Shown: one piece after another, positions 1 to 9,514 of the stretch
How the letters are laid out: each line of letters begins with the position of its first letter
Numbering within the stretch: position 1 is the first letter of the stretch
Source of the DNA: Fibrobacterales bacterium
GTDB lineage: Bacteria > Fibrobacterota > Fibrobacteria > Fibrobacterales > JAOPTW01
Assembly: GCA_051532035.1 (NCBI GenBank)
Contig: JAOPTW010000022.1
Coordinates: 1-39,175 of the forward strand
Reading direction: 5' to 3'
Length of the DNA: 39,175 nt
The notes under the pieces: generated by a model
Told to the model about the DNA's origin: nothing
The model's input: the letters and a program-made list of their open reading frames with translations, nothing else
Databases searched by the model: none
Position numbers and translations under genes: made by a program

Positions 1-48
1 CTACATAATCGTCCTTATCTACTTTAAAAGCTAGTAAAAAACAGATAT

Positions 49-84
49 GAAAAAAGTACTAAATAAAAATTCAGTACTTTTTTC
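49..84 (-). terminator. Intrinsic terminator downstream of the nap operon (possibly bidirectional)
   Basis: Inverted repeat GAAAAAAGTACT...AGTACTTTTTTC with A and T runs at either end, about 30 bp past the stop of the cytochrome gene. Confidence 0.65.
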
Positions 85-112
85 TAACTCTCTTATTTTG
101 CTCTCTCGCTCA

Positions 113-670
113 CTATTGTAGAGGCATATGACATGCAGTACAATTTGGCCGTTCTTCATGGGTTGAGCGAATCTCTTTTACCCCAGTTGGGCCAAAGTGA
201 CACGTTGCACAATTTTTTCTGAGTTTTGTGTCATGAGGAATCATCGGAGGCATCCCCGGAGCAAGGCGATTTCCTCTCTTGGGTGCATTTGCAAATTGAA
301 AAGTACTTCCTCTAAATAATGCACTGTCTAATTTAGGACTATGACACTGACGGCAATTGGGCAGAGCATCATGAGGAATAGGCATTGCAAATTTATCCCA
401 TTCTTTTACATATCCACCTGTTTCGTGACATGCCATACAATCCTTACCCATAAATCGTTCTGCACTTATAGGGTGATTAATTTGAGGAGGCGCACCTGCA
501 TAAGCCCGATTTTCATAAAATTGCTTAATTGAACGCTCAGCCTCTGCTATTTTTTCTTTGGGTATCTCTACGACAGAATTAGGTAGTTTTGGTGTTGAAT
601 CACCACCGTTACACCCAAAGAAGACTAACAAAAATGGTACTGCTATACAAAGAATACGGTTTTTAATCAT
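113..670 (-). CDS. napB: NapB-like nitrate reductase cytochrome c subunit, tetraheme lipoprotein
   Basis: Four CxxCH motifs (CMACH, CRQCH, CATCH, CTACH) and two NapB-type motifs (APPQINH, PPMIPH). Start revised to ATG 670, which overlaps the napA stop (TAATG) and gives a lipoprotein signal [20 protein letters not shown]. Confidence 0.8.
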   Translation of the reverse strand: MIKNRILCIAVPFLLVFFGCNGGDSTPKLPNSVVEIPKEKIAEAERSIKQFYENRAYAGAPPQINHPISAERFMGKDCMACHETGGYVKEWDKFAMPIPHDALPNCRQCHSPKLDSALFRGSTFQFANAPKRGNRLAPGMPPMIPHDTKLRKNCATCHFGPTGVKEIRSTHEERPNCTACHMPLQ

Positions 671-2982
671 TATACTTTCTCCACGGTAACAGCACACTTT
701 TTATAGTCTGGCTGTTTGGATATATGGTCAAATGCATCGAGTGTTACATCATTGATCAATTTATCTTCATCAAAAAAGGGCACAAATACCATCCCTTTTG
801 GAGGATTCCCTCGTTGTTCAATTGCTGCAGGTAGAATTATCTCCCCTCTCCGAGATTTAACACGGACTTTATCACCATTTGAAACACCCAGGCGTTTTGC
901 ATCTTCTATATTCATTTCACAATAGGCACGCGGTCTCGCAGCATGAAGAGCAGGAACTCGGCGCGTCATAGACCCAGAATGCCAATGTTCAATAACTCTA
1001 CCCGTATTGAGCCAAAATGGATAATCTGCATCTGGTTCTTCCGCCGCTGGTTCATATGGACGCTGCCATATTATTGCTCTGCCATCAGGTTTTCCGTAGA
1101 AATCATACCCCTCGCCTTTACAAGCCGGGTCATACTTTCCATGAAAACGCCACTGGGTTGATTTTCCATTCACATAAGGCCAGATCATACCAGGGTTTGT
1201 CTTTAATACATTGTACGGTGCCATTCCATGTTTAGCTCCTTGGTGAAAGAGCGAATACTCATCCCAAATTTTTTCAATGTAATTTTCTTTAGTCCATGGG
1301 AATAAGTCACCATAGCCCATTCTTCGTGCAACTTCAATAAGCTGCCATCCATCACTCGTCGCGTCTCCCGGTGGGTTAACTAATTGGTCGTGATGCTGTG
1401 TTCTTCGTTCTGAGTTACCAAACATACCTTCACGCTCTATCCACATAGCGGCAGGAAGAATCACATCTGCAACGTCAGTTGTTGGTGTTGGATAGATATC
1501 CGAGACCACAATAAAGCGCCCATCTTTTTCACACCCTTTACGATAGCGATTCAAGTTAGGCATAGTAACCATTGGGTTAGTAACTTGTATCCACATAAAT
1601 TTTATATCACCACGATCGAGCGCTCTAAACATAGAGACCGTATGGTGCGTTGGTTTTGGGTCAATATTTGATAGGGGAACTTTCCAAATTTCCGCAGCCA
1701 TCTTCCGGTATTTCTCTTTCATCACAACACCCTTAGGGAGTTTATGTGTAAGAGTTCCTACTTCACGAACGGTACCACAGGCACTTGGTTGTCCCGTGAG
1801 TGAAAAGGGACTGTTACCTGGTGTTGAAATTTTACCCACAAGCAAGTGAATATTATAGACAAGATTGTTTATCCATGTTCCACGAGTGTGCTGATTCATC
1901 CCCATGCACCAGAGTGACATCACTTTCTTATTAGGATCACCATAGAGTCGCGCCATGTAGCGTATATCTGCTGCGGGTACTCCAGAAATCTTCTCTGCCT
2001 TCTCAGGTGTGTAATCTTCTAAAAATGTTTTATAGGCCTCAAAATCTATCCCTTCAGCCTTCTCTTTAAATTTAAAATGCTCTTCAAGGCCATAGCCGGG
2101 GTTCGTCTTACCCTTCTTAAAATTACAGTGATTCTTCACAAAGTTTTTATCAACCCAACCATTATTGATAATTTCATAACAGATTGCATTTGCTACCGCT
2201 AAGTCTGACTGAGGCTTAAATAAGATAGAACGATCAGCCGCTGCACTGGTACGTGTCGTACGAGTAGCAAAGTCGACAATGGTCACTCCCCTCTTCTGTT
2301 TTTGTTCTAAAATACGAGAAAAGAGAACAGGGTGCATCTCTGCCATATTGTTGCCCCATGTAATAAATACATCAGCATGATCAATATCTTCATAGCAGCC
2401 CATTGGTTCATCTAATCCAAAGCTTGTTAAAAAACCAGTCACAGCACTAGCCATACACAGTCGTGCATTTGCTTCGAGGTTATTCGTACCTATGGCACCT
2501 TTAAAAAGCTTAGAGGCTACATAGCCATCCGGAATAGACCATTGACCTGACCCATACATTGATACCGCATCTTTACCATGTGCCTTAATCGTCTCTTGCA
2601 TTTTACTGGCAACAAGGTCAAGTGCTTCACTCAATGGTACTTCTACCATTTTTCCATTTTTCTTAATTTTCGCCGTAGTAATACGATCTTTACCATACAG
2701 TGTGAGTACCGAGTGATATCCTTTCGTACAACAATATCCTCTATTTACCGAACTCTCTGGGTCACCTTTGACCGCAACTGCTCTATCATTTTTTGTTGCG
2801 ATTTTGAGCCCACACCCAACACCACAAAAACGACACGGGGCTTTATTCCACGTTACTCCGGTAAGTTCTTCTTCTTTAGGAGTTCCTGCAAACACAGCTC
2901 CCGGAAACATTTGTGTTGCTGCTGCAATAGCGGAGCCCGCTGCAACACTTTTTAGAAATGATCTTCTTGAGACTTCTGACAT
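670..2982 (-). CDS. napA: Periplasmic nitrate reductase catalytic subunit NapA (Mo-bisPGD, 4Fe-4S)
   Basis: Tat signal SRRSFLK; Fe-S motif CRFCGVGC...C; Mo-ligand region [32 protein letters not shown] and C-terminal QPDYKKCAV typical of NapA. Confidence 0.95.
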   Translation of the reverse strand: MSEVSRRSFLKSVAAGSAIAAATQMFPGAVFAGTPKEEELTGVTWNKAPCRFCGVGCGLKIATKNDRAVAVKGDPESSVNRGYCCTKGYHSVLTLYGKDRITTAKIKKNGKMVEVPLSEALDLVASKMQETIKAHGKDAVSMYGSGQWSIPDGYVASKLFKGAIGTNNLEANARLCMASAVTGFLTSFGLDEPMGCYEDIDHADVFITWGNNMAEMHPVLFSRILEQKQKRGVTIVDFATRTTRTSAAADRSILFKPQSDLAVANAICYEIINNGWVDKNFVKNHCNFKKGKTNPGYGLEEHFKFKEKAEGIDFEAYKTFLEDYTPEKAEKISGVPAADIRYMARLYGDPNKKVMSLWCMGMNQHTRGTWINNLVYNIHLLVGKISTPGNSPFSLTGQPSACGTVREVGTLTHKLPKGVVMKEKYRKMAAEIWKVPLSNIDPKPTHHTVSMFRALDRGDIKFMWIQVTNPMVTMPNLNRYRKGCEKDGRFIVVSDIYPTPTTDVADVILPAAMWIEREGMFGNSERRTQHHDQLVNPPGDATSDGWQLIEVARRMGYGDLFPWTKENYIEKIWDEYSLFHQGAKHGMAPYNVLKTNPGMIWPYVNGKSTQWRFHGKYDPACKGEGYDFYGKPDGRAIIWQRPYEPAAEEPDADYPFWLNTGRVIEHWHSGSMTRRVPALHAARPRAYCEMNIEDAKRLGVSNGDKVRVKSRRGEIILPAAIEQRGNPPKGMVFVPFFDEDKLINDVTLDAFDHISKQPDYKKCAVTVEKV

Positions 2983-3242
2983 TATACGGTATCCTCACTG
3001 GGTTGTGAAACAGCTTCTTCGACTGATCCATAGGCAAAAGCAACATCTATAACACCATCAATATCTTTTAAGGCTCGCTCTACCATTTTATCGGCATCAA
3101 TATCAGGAGTATCTACTACAACGACAAACACATCTTTGTTGTCAGAAGGAATCACTTCTATATGATCCATTTTAGAAAGAAATACTTCTACTTGATCTTT
3201 CTTTTTGGGAAGCGTATTTATTACATAACTTGATATCGGCAT
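2982..3242 (-). CDS. napD: NapD signal-peptide chaperone
   Basis: 86 aa with MPISSYVI start and '[11 protein letters not shown]' near the end, a NapD-like ferredoxin-fold pattern; coupled to napA by TAATG overlap. Confidence 0.8.
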   Translation of the reverse strand: MPISSYVINTLPKKKDQVEVFLSKMDHIEVIPSDNKDVFVVVVDTPDIDADKMVERALKDIDGVIDVAFAYGSVEEAVSQPSEDTV

Positions 3243-3354
3243 AGCACTACTGTTACAGAGTTGTATCTTACAAATATGTACTATATTACTACTCTACGTT
3301 GACTATTTTTATGATATTTTAGGATTTGTAAAGAAATTATCATCTTTAAAATGA

Positions 3355-4143
3355 TTACAACTTAGACTCTCTTTGAGTGATACCACTATTGGTAACAAGA
3401 ATGTCCATGTGAAGGGAGCCCTCATGTGCTCTAGGTAATTCTTCAACTAATTGTGGAGCAAAGCCAACCCCTACTCGTTTTGTAGGAATGGTAACCGAGA
3501 GCAGGTTTGCATAAAAATCTTTACGATGACTCATACGCATATATGCTTCTGAAAAGAAAAGTCCTGGAATCAATATACAGTCAAGGCTTCTCTGAAAGCC
3601 TCGTTCAGACTCGGGAGCGGGTGGTTGTTTTCTCCCAAAAGGCCCATTTTCGAGCATTTCAAGATCTGAGACTACCACAAAACGCACCGAGTCATCAGAC
3701 TCAACCCGCGGTAAGTAGAGCTCTTTGCCTGCATCTAATAGTTCTTGATAGAGTGGCGTTAGGTCAGGTTCATTTTTAAGAGGCATGAAGCCACCAATTG
3801 CGTCGACCGAAAGATAGAGGTCCCAATTTGATATGTGGTGAATCAATTGCGCAGTCAACCTCTCCTGCTCCCCTTTTTCGAACAACACTGGCGGAGGAAG
3901 TTCTCGTGGTACAGGGCTCAGAGCGACGGCTCCGGTTGCTAAGGCCTTTGGTCCGCTTGCAACTTGTGGGGTTTCATCAAGATGATCTGCTATTTGATCT
4001 TCAATATCACGCTGTAAATTTGACCATTTAACTTTTAGGTCCCTAAACCATTTAATAAGCCGTGCAACCTTCTTAATATCTATTAAAAAAAGTGAAGCAA
4101 TAAGGATAAAGAGCACCTCATACATTCCAAGTCCATTAAGCAT
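3355..4143 (-). CDS. Fusion of a TatB-like N-terminus with a degenerate 5-formyltetrahydrofolate cyclo-ligase (YgfA-like) domain
   Basis: N-terminal GLGMYEVLFILIASLFLI transmembrane helix plus amphipathic helix (TatA/B pattern), Pro-rich linker, then PLKNEPD, LYLPRV, LDCILIPG, VGVGFAPQLV and MDILVT matching the cyclo-ligase fold. Start overlaps the tatC stop. Confidence 0.7.
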   Translation of the reverse strand: MLNGLGMYEVLFILIASLFLIDIKKVARLIKWFRDLKVKWSNLQRDIEDQIADHLDETPQVASGPKALATGAVALSPVPRELPPPVLFEKGEQERLTAQLIHHISNWDLYLSVDAIGGFMPLKNEPDLTPLYQELLDAGKELYLPRVESDDSVRFVVVSDLEMLENGPFGRKQPPAPESERGFQRSLDCILIPGLFFSEAYMRMSHRKDFYANLLSVTIPTKRVGVGFAPQLVEELPRAHEGSLHMDILVTNSGITQRESKL

Positions 4144-4867
4144 TGGCCCCTCCTTGACGATTAAATACCCACGCTAAGAGAACACTCAAAAGATAGAGTA
4201 CAATTATCGGGCATGCCAGTAACACCATAGATACAGGGTCGGGCGGTGTCAGCATTGCTGCCACTACAAAAATTACGAGGATGGCTATTTTAAACTGTGC
4301 GAGGAGAAACTGAGCAGTTATGAGTTTAAGTCCCGCAAGAAATGAAGTAATAATGGGCATTTGAAACATTATGGCAAACACCATCATCATACGAATTAAA
4401 AAGTTTGCGTAGCTCGCTTGTGTCCATGTCTGTTCAGCAACGCTTGAACCATAGGTCGCTAAAAATGAGAGACTTGCAGGTATAACCACTACCAAGGCAA
4501 AACCCGCCCCCATTAAAAAGAAGAGTACCGAGAAAAAAACAGCAGGGATCAAGACTCGCTTCTCTTTTTTATACAGAGCCGGAGCAATAAAACTATACAC
4601 TTGCCAAAAAATGATGGGAGAGGCAATGATAGCCCCCGCCATAAAGGCAACCTTGAAATCGATAATCAGTGCTTCGGTTGGGGCAATATTGATGATATTA
4701 ATGTCAGAGCTCTTAATATAAGGATTAAGAAAAAACTGCCAAACATATTTAATGTTAAAGAGGCAGGTTGCCCCCGATAAGAATACTGCCAAAGCAATTT
4801 TGAAGACCCTATTTTTAAGCTCACCGAGATGAGTCATAAGAGGCATGGTGCTGACTGATTCACTCAT
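4136..4867 (-). CDS. tatC: Twin-arginine translocase subunit TatC
   Basis: MPLMTHLGELKNR, WQVYSFIAPALYKKEK, FQMP and AAMLTPPDPVS motifs; six hydrophobic segments. ATG 4867 preferred over GTG 4879. Confidence 0.95.
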   Translation of the reverse strand: MSESVSTMPLMTHLGELKNRVFKIALAVFLSGATCLFNIKYVWQFFLNPYIKSSDINIINIAPTEALIIDFKVAFMAGAIIASPIIFWQVYSFIAPALYKKEKRVLIPAVFFSVLFFLMGAGFALVVVIPASLSFLATYGSSVAEQTWTQASYANFLIRMMMVFAIMFQMPIITSFLAGLKLITAQFLLAQFKIAILVIFVVAAMLTPPDPVSMVLLACPIIVLYLLSVLLAWVFNRQGGANA

Positions 4868-4899
4868 AGTGAGAAACACTCTCGTATTGGATAATTGAC

Positions 4900-5088
4900 T
4901 TAGGCGTCTTTAGAATCAGAATCAGATTTGTGGTCAATCTCTTTTTTGGCATCATTCTGAGTATCTTTAAACTTTTTGATACCCTTGCCAAAGCTTTCTG
5001 CTATATCAGGTATACGTTTTGCCCCAAATAGAAGGAGGAAAATTGCCAATATGATGATAAGTCCTGGAAGTCCGATATTTTGAAGCAT
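4900..5088 (-). CDS. tatA: Twin-arginine translocase subunit TatA
   Basis: [45 protein letters not shown]. Confidence 0.95.
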   Translation of the reverse strand: MLQNIGLPGLIIILAIFLLLFGAKRIPDIAESFGKGIKKFKDTQNDAKKEIDHKSDSDSKDA

Positions 5089-5194
5089 ATTGTTCCTTAA
5101 TTGCGCTTTGCAATTAAAAATAGTTTATAGTCTGTTTCTCTGAAGAGAGAATTATGTAAATGAGTGGTTTTGGGGTAATATTTACGTTTTTGTT

Positions 5195-6730
5195 CTAAAA
5201 TGACTCATTGAACATGCTCAAACGCTCATTACACTTTTTGGCCTCTGGCATCTCAAAAAGACATCTCTTGAGCACTCTCTGACTTTTTTTAAGCTCATCT
5301 CTATTCGAGTACTTGATCGCCCAATTAACATAAGCTACCTCTTTATTGGAGCTAATGCTCTCTTTCAGTCTTGCTGAATAAGGTTGTCGATTAAAATCAT
5401 TATACAGCTCAATGACCTTATCCCATGCCTCTTGTTTCCAGAGCTTCTCTATACTGGTCACATAGACCCACCCTAAATTGTTTTTACACTGATCGATCCA
5501 TTCGCAGGTAGTAGAGTATTGATTATGAAGGTTTATTGCCTCACTATAGTCCCCATTCTCGACAAGTACATCGAGAATCCCCTTGAAGTACCAATTAAAA
5601 TTGTAGTGAGCGTATTGACTATTATAATTATAGTCCGGTATAAAGCGATTAAGGGCCGCCAATCGTTCAAGTATCTTATGATACTTTTTTTGAACAAATA
5701 GCCTGATAACTTCATTCAAAGCCACCCAGCGATAGGTAGTATAATAAACCTCAGTCGGCTTTGGATTAAGAATCATATTTGAAAAGTTATACTCAATAGT
5801 TTTAAAAAACCTGTCCAGCTTGAGAGTATCACCTTTGGTCATCAATGAATCAACAACCTCTTGATAATGAATTAACAGTTGTTCGGTGTAATGAGGGTCA
5901 TTCGGCATAGTGACCACCTTCATTTCAAGAAGAGTCATATCATTTTGGAATTGTTTTGCATTCTTAATAAAACGTGAACTATAGGAATACTGAATCATGT
6001 CAGTTATGCTAAGCGTATCAATAAGGTCATAGTCCAAAGGTGATGCTGCGACCCATCCCCTTTTCGAAAACCAGATAGTATCTATTTGAGAATAATATTT
6101 TTTAGAATGACGCCAATCATAGCCCTGAGCATCAGTGGTCTCAACATCAACCACAGAATCACTGCCTAAAGCCAGTTGAACATAACTATGAGTTGGCGCT
6201 TTCAGTATCCGAGGCTTGAGCTCAAAGTAGTTCGCTAGTAGTGCATACAGCAAAACGCTACTCTTCTCCCCATAAGTACTACCCTCTATCAGTTGTTTAA
6301 CACTATTGTGGTCGAGAAGATACTTGTGTAACCCATCTTTTATGGTTGGATAAAAATGAGTGACCATGGACTCATATAAATATTTTCCTTGATCATACTT
6401 ACGATCCAATGAATATATTTCAGGAGATACTGTTACTAAAAATTCTTTTATACGATGTTCTAAAGGGAGGAATTGATTGAGGCTCCTGACGGAATCGCCA
6501 TACAGTAGCGTTAACGCCAATTGCTTTGAAAAGCTCGTTGGTTTTCCTGTTATGACCCACTGCTCATAACGAGAAAGCTTTGACCATATTATATCGGACT
6601 GAGGAGCATCTGTAATATCACCTTCACGCACAAACTGATCTTGTTTTAATAGAGTATAACCATCGGGTGTACCACAACCGAAGAGAGCAAGTAGAGAAAT
6701 AATAGATATAAGATAGAGATATTTTTTCAT
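5195..6730 (-). CDS. Lipoprotein with transglutaminase-like central domain and helical (TPR-like) C-terminus
   Basis: Lipobox LFG-C. Segment SSVLLYALLA...PTHSYV...DVETT resembles transglutaminase-like cores; the C-terminal half is alpha-helical and repeat-like. Confidence 0.5.
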   Translation of the reverse strand: MKKYLYLISIISLLALFGCGTPDGYTLLKQDQFVREGDITDAPQSDIIWSKLSRYEQWVITGKPTSFSKQLALTLLYGDSVRSLNQFLPLEHRIKEFLVTVSPEIYSLDRKYDQGKYLYESMVTHFYPTIKDGLHKYLLDHNSVKQLIEGSTYGEKSSVLLYALLANYFELKPRILKAPTHSYVQLALGSDSVVDVETTDAQGYDWRHSKKYYSQIDTIWFSKRGWVAASPLDYDLIDTLSITDMIQYSYSSRFIKNAKQFQNDMTLLEMKVVTMPNDPHYTEQLLIHYQEVVDSLMTKGDTLKLDRFFKTIEYNFSNMILNPKPTEVYYTTYRWVALNEVIRLFVQKKYHKILERLAALNRFIPDYNYNSQYAHYNFNWYFKGILDVLVENGDYSEAINLHNQYSTTCEWIDQCKNNLGWVYVTSIEKLWKQEAWDKVIELYNDFNRQPYSARLKESISSNKEVAYVNWAIKYSNRDELKKSQRVLKRCLFEMPEAKKCNERLSMFNESF

Positions 6731-6750
6731 ACGCTAGTATGACTAAACAT

Positions 6751-6782
6751 AAAAAAAGCCACAGCTCTTATGAGCTGTGGCT
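6751..6782 (-). terminator. Intrinsic terminator after the GH30 gene
   Basis: Perfect 11-bp stem AGCCACAGCTC-ttat-GAGCTGTGGCT followed on the minus strand by a T run. Confidence 0.85.
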
Positions 6783-6802
6783 AACAATTTTAGAAAAATT
6801 GT

Positions 6803-9073
6803 TTAATTAATTTTTTTAGCAGCAATGAAGTACATGCCATCACCAAGTGGAGTGTTTCCAACTGGCAGTTCGTTGACACCTTCATTAGAAGCTATTGTAC
6901 CTAATGTAGCTACTTTTTTACCTGTAATATCAAAGATATTAAGAGTATACGCACCAGTAGTCGCAACAGAATACTTTATGGTTGACCCCTGAACGAGGCG
7001 TGAGAACATTGCAGTATTAGGTGCAAATTTAGGAGCATTAACGATTGGTGATATTGAAGAATTACCATCTTCTGAAGATTCAGAATCATCAGAGCTATCA
7101 TCATCGCCCACTGAAGAATCATCACCAGTACCTTCTGAAGATGAAGCGTTTACTGATGAGTCGTCAGATTCGCCTGAGCTGATTGCATCAGATGAATTAG
7201 GCTCTACTGATGAAGATGATTCACTGACAAATTCATCTTCAACAAGAATCGTTTGCATTGCATTTGCTTGAATCGATCCCGTGAATGATTTACCCGCTAA
7301 ATTAATTGAATAATCAGTTTCAGTATTTTCATCATTCATGATAACGATTACTACTTTACCTTCAGGGTTAATAGCTGCAGTTACTTCAAGAAAATACTCA
7401 CTTGAAATATTATGACCACTGTTATCCATTGTTGATTTATTACTTCCCTCAAAATCAGTAAACACATCAATAATTTTTGATCCAGGTCTGATAAATTTAG
7501 AGAAGTGACGGAAAAGGTAGAATGTCGGGTTATAGATTACTTCACCTTCACTTGTAATAGTGATTGGTGCTGTACACCAGTTTTTCGCCCAGTTTGGTCC
7601 ACCCTGTTCATTAAGAACGATATTCCAATCGATCCACCCTGTTACCCAGTGGTTAAAACTATGAATAATGTCACGCCCATAGTGAAAGAATGGTTCTGTA
7701 AGAGGACTTACAGCTGCTGCATCCTTACCCCAATCTGCGGTAACTTCAAATGCCCATGAACCATGCACACGCTCAAACCACCAATCCCAACGATCTGGAC
7801 TGTTTGCCCATGGGTAACGGACATTATATTTTGAATTAGGATCATCCTGTTGACATTTGGCATTATCACAGTCTGCCTGTGGCTCAATATCAGCAACACC
7901 AGGTACAAGATTATTAATCTCAAGGAGTGGACCATACCCTGTTTTACCTTCACCTGCATTATCTGCACGAAGGTTATCAATTGTAGCTTCAGTTGCAAGA
8001 AGTTTATAGTCAGGATATTGCTCATGCCAATCATCAAGCTTATCAGCATAGGTATTATAGGTACTGAAGTACCAGTGAAGTCCGATACCTGCAAATGCTT
8101 TTTTATCCATAGCAAGCTCTTTATCACCTTCAAGCATATCGGCAACAAATTCAACGTCACGCTGTTGGTAACTTTTATTTTGGTCAAAGCCATAGATACC
8201 GAGGTGGCCATAACCTTCCTCTACCAATGTAGGATGGAGATACTCTCCTACATAATCAGCTTGTTCTGAGCCAGTCATTAACATACTATCCCAGTTTGAA
8301 CCGTTACCGTGTGGCTCATTGAGTGGAGTCATCCCCCACATTTCAACACCTTCAGCTTCATATCCTTGAATAAACTTAACCACATAGTCAGCAAAATTTT
8401 GCTTATATAGTGGGTTGAGTTCTCCGCCAGCATATCCACCAGTTTGATCAAATTTTGCATCTTCCTTACCAGATTTTTGTTTCATCGATGGTGGGGCCCC
8501 CCAAGGAGAAGCAACGATTCTTAATTCATCCCATCCACCCGCAAGTTCTTTAGCCTGCTTAAGACGAGGAATTGTTACATGAGTATCTCTATCAATTGAA
8601 AAGTCACTTAAATCAACCTTCTCAGAATAGGCATATGTTCCTAAAGAGAAATCACAACTTGCAATGCTGATACGGACCATCGAGTACCAGCTCCCTTCAG
8701 GACTGAAGATTTCTTTCATAACATCGTCACGTTCATCATCGGAAAGAGTACTGATTAAAAAGGTGGTAGATTCAGTCATTGCACCACCAATACCATCGAT
8801 GGTCTGACGCTGCTTAGCAACTGTTGCATCAAGATCAATGACAACACCGTCACTCAATTCACCATCTTTAAAAGTAATTGCATCCCCTTCTACAAACCCT
8901 TGGTCTCTTACACTTTTGCTCGTTTCAAATATTTTTGCTGTTCCCGGAACAAAAGTATTACCTGCTTCTAATGTCCCCTCATTGGCACTCACAGAAGCAA
9001 TAGCAAGAAGCCCTAAAAACGACCCCGTTTTTAGTCCTCTTGATAGTATACTCATTTTATTTTTATGTATCAT
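6803..9073 (-). CDS. Secreted glycoside hydrolase family 30 (beta-1,6-glucanase/glucosylceramidase-like) with Ser/Asp linker and T9SS-like C-terminal domain
   Basis: QTIDGIGGAMT, SCDFSL, ASPWGAP, acid/base NEP, nucleophile ATEA, WIDWNIVLNEQGGPN, HFSKFIRPGS; S/D-rich linker; tail 'IFDITGKKVATL...LGDGMYFI'. Start revised to ATG 9073 with AGGA RBS. Confidence 0.88.
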   Translation of the reverse strand: MIHKNKMSILSRGLKTGSFLGLLAIASVSANEGTLEAGNTFVPGTAKIFETSKSVRDQGFVEGDAITFKDGELSDGVVIDLDATVAKQRQTIDGIGGAMTESTTFLISTLSDDERDDVMKEIFSPEGSWYSMVRISIASCDFSLGTYAYSEKVDLSDFSIDRDTHVTIPRLKQAKELAGGWDELRIVASPWGAPPSMKQKSGKEDAKFDQTGGYAGGELNPLYKQNFADYVVKFIQGYEAEGVEMWGMTPLNEPHGNGSNWDSMLMTGSEQADYVGEYLHPTLVEEGYGHLGIYGFDQNKSYQQRDVEFVADMLEGDKELAMDKKAFAGIGLHWYFSTYNTYADKLDDWHEQYPDYKLLATEATIDNLRADNAGEGKTGYGPLLEINNLVPGVADIEPQADCDNAKCQQDDPNSKYNVRYPWANSPDRWDWWFERVHGSWAFEVTADWGKDAAAVSPLTEPFFHYGRDIIHSFNHWVTGWIDWNIVLNEQGGPNWAKNWCTAPITITSEGEVIYNPTFYLFRHFSKFIRPGSKIIDVFTDFEGSNKSTMDNSGHNISSEYFLEVTAAINPEGKVVIVIMNDENTETDYSINLAGKSFTGSIQANAMQTILVEDEFVSESSSSVEPNSSDAISSGESDDSSVNASSSEGTGDDSSVGDDDSSDDSESSEDGNSSISPIVNAPKFAPNTAMFSRLVQGSTIKYSVATTGAYTLNIFDITGKKVATLGTIASNEGVNELPVGNTPLGDGMYFIAAKKIN

Positions 9074-9514
9074 AATATTCCTGTATGTATGGTATATTTC
9101 GGTTGTAATATATATTAAAAAGATTAAGGTGTGCATGAAAGAAATGATTACTATTAGTAAACACACAATACACTCGATCGTTATTGTCATAATTTATGAT
9201 CGTTATAAGCATAAAGTCGTTTTTTGATAATTTAAGGGGTTTTTAATTATCAAAAAAATTACTTATAGTAATTTTTTTTTGATTGAATCTCAGCTTAACA
9301 AACTGATTTTCTTTACTATTTTGTTAATCACTTTTTACGAAATAAAACTTATTAATAGAGTAAAGTTTGTGAACATTTAATTTGGGCTTTTTTCAGACAC
9401 AGGAATACACACCACAATAAAAAGCTAAAAATTTAATCATTGAATATGAATATATCCAATGATAGAAGAGTATACATAAAAAATATAATCAATACATATC
9501 CCCTAGGAGAACCA

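Noticed and set aside
341..3052. Short plus-strand ORFs within nap genes
   Set aside because: Antisense shadows of well-supported genes, with no motifs or RBS.
7060..7225. Ser/Asp-rich quasi-repeats as a tandem repeat or array
   Set aside because: Low-complexity protein linker, not a DNA repeat element.
9074..9190. N-terminal extension of the GH30 ORF to 9190
   Set aside because: AT-rich promoter sequence; ATG 9073 has an RBS and is followed by a signal peptide.
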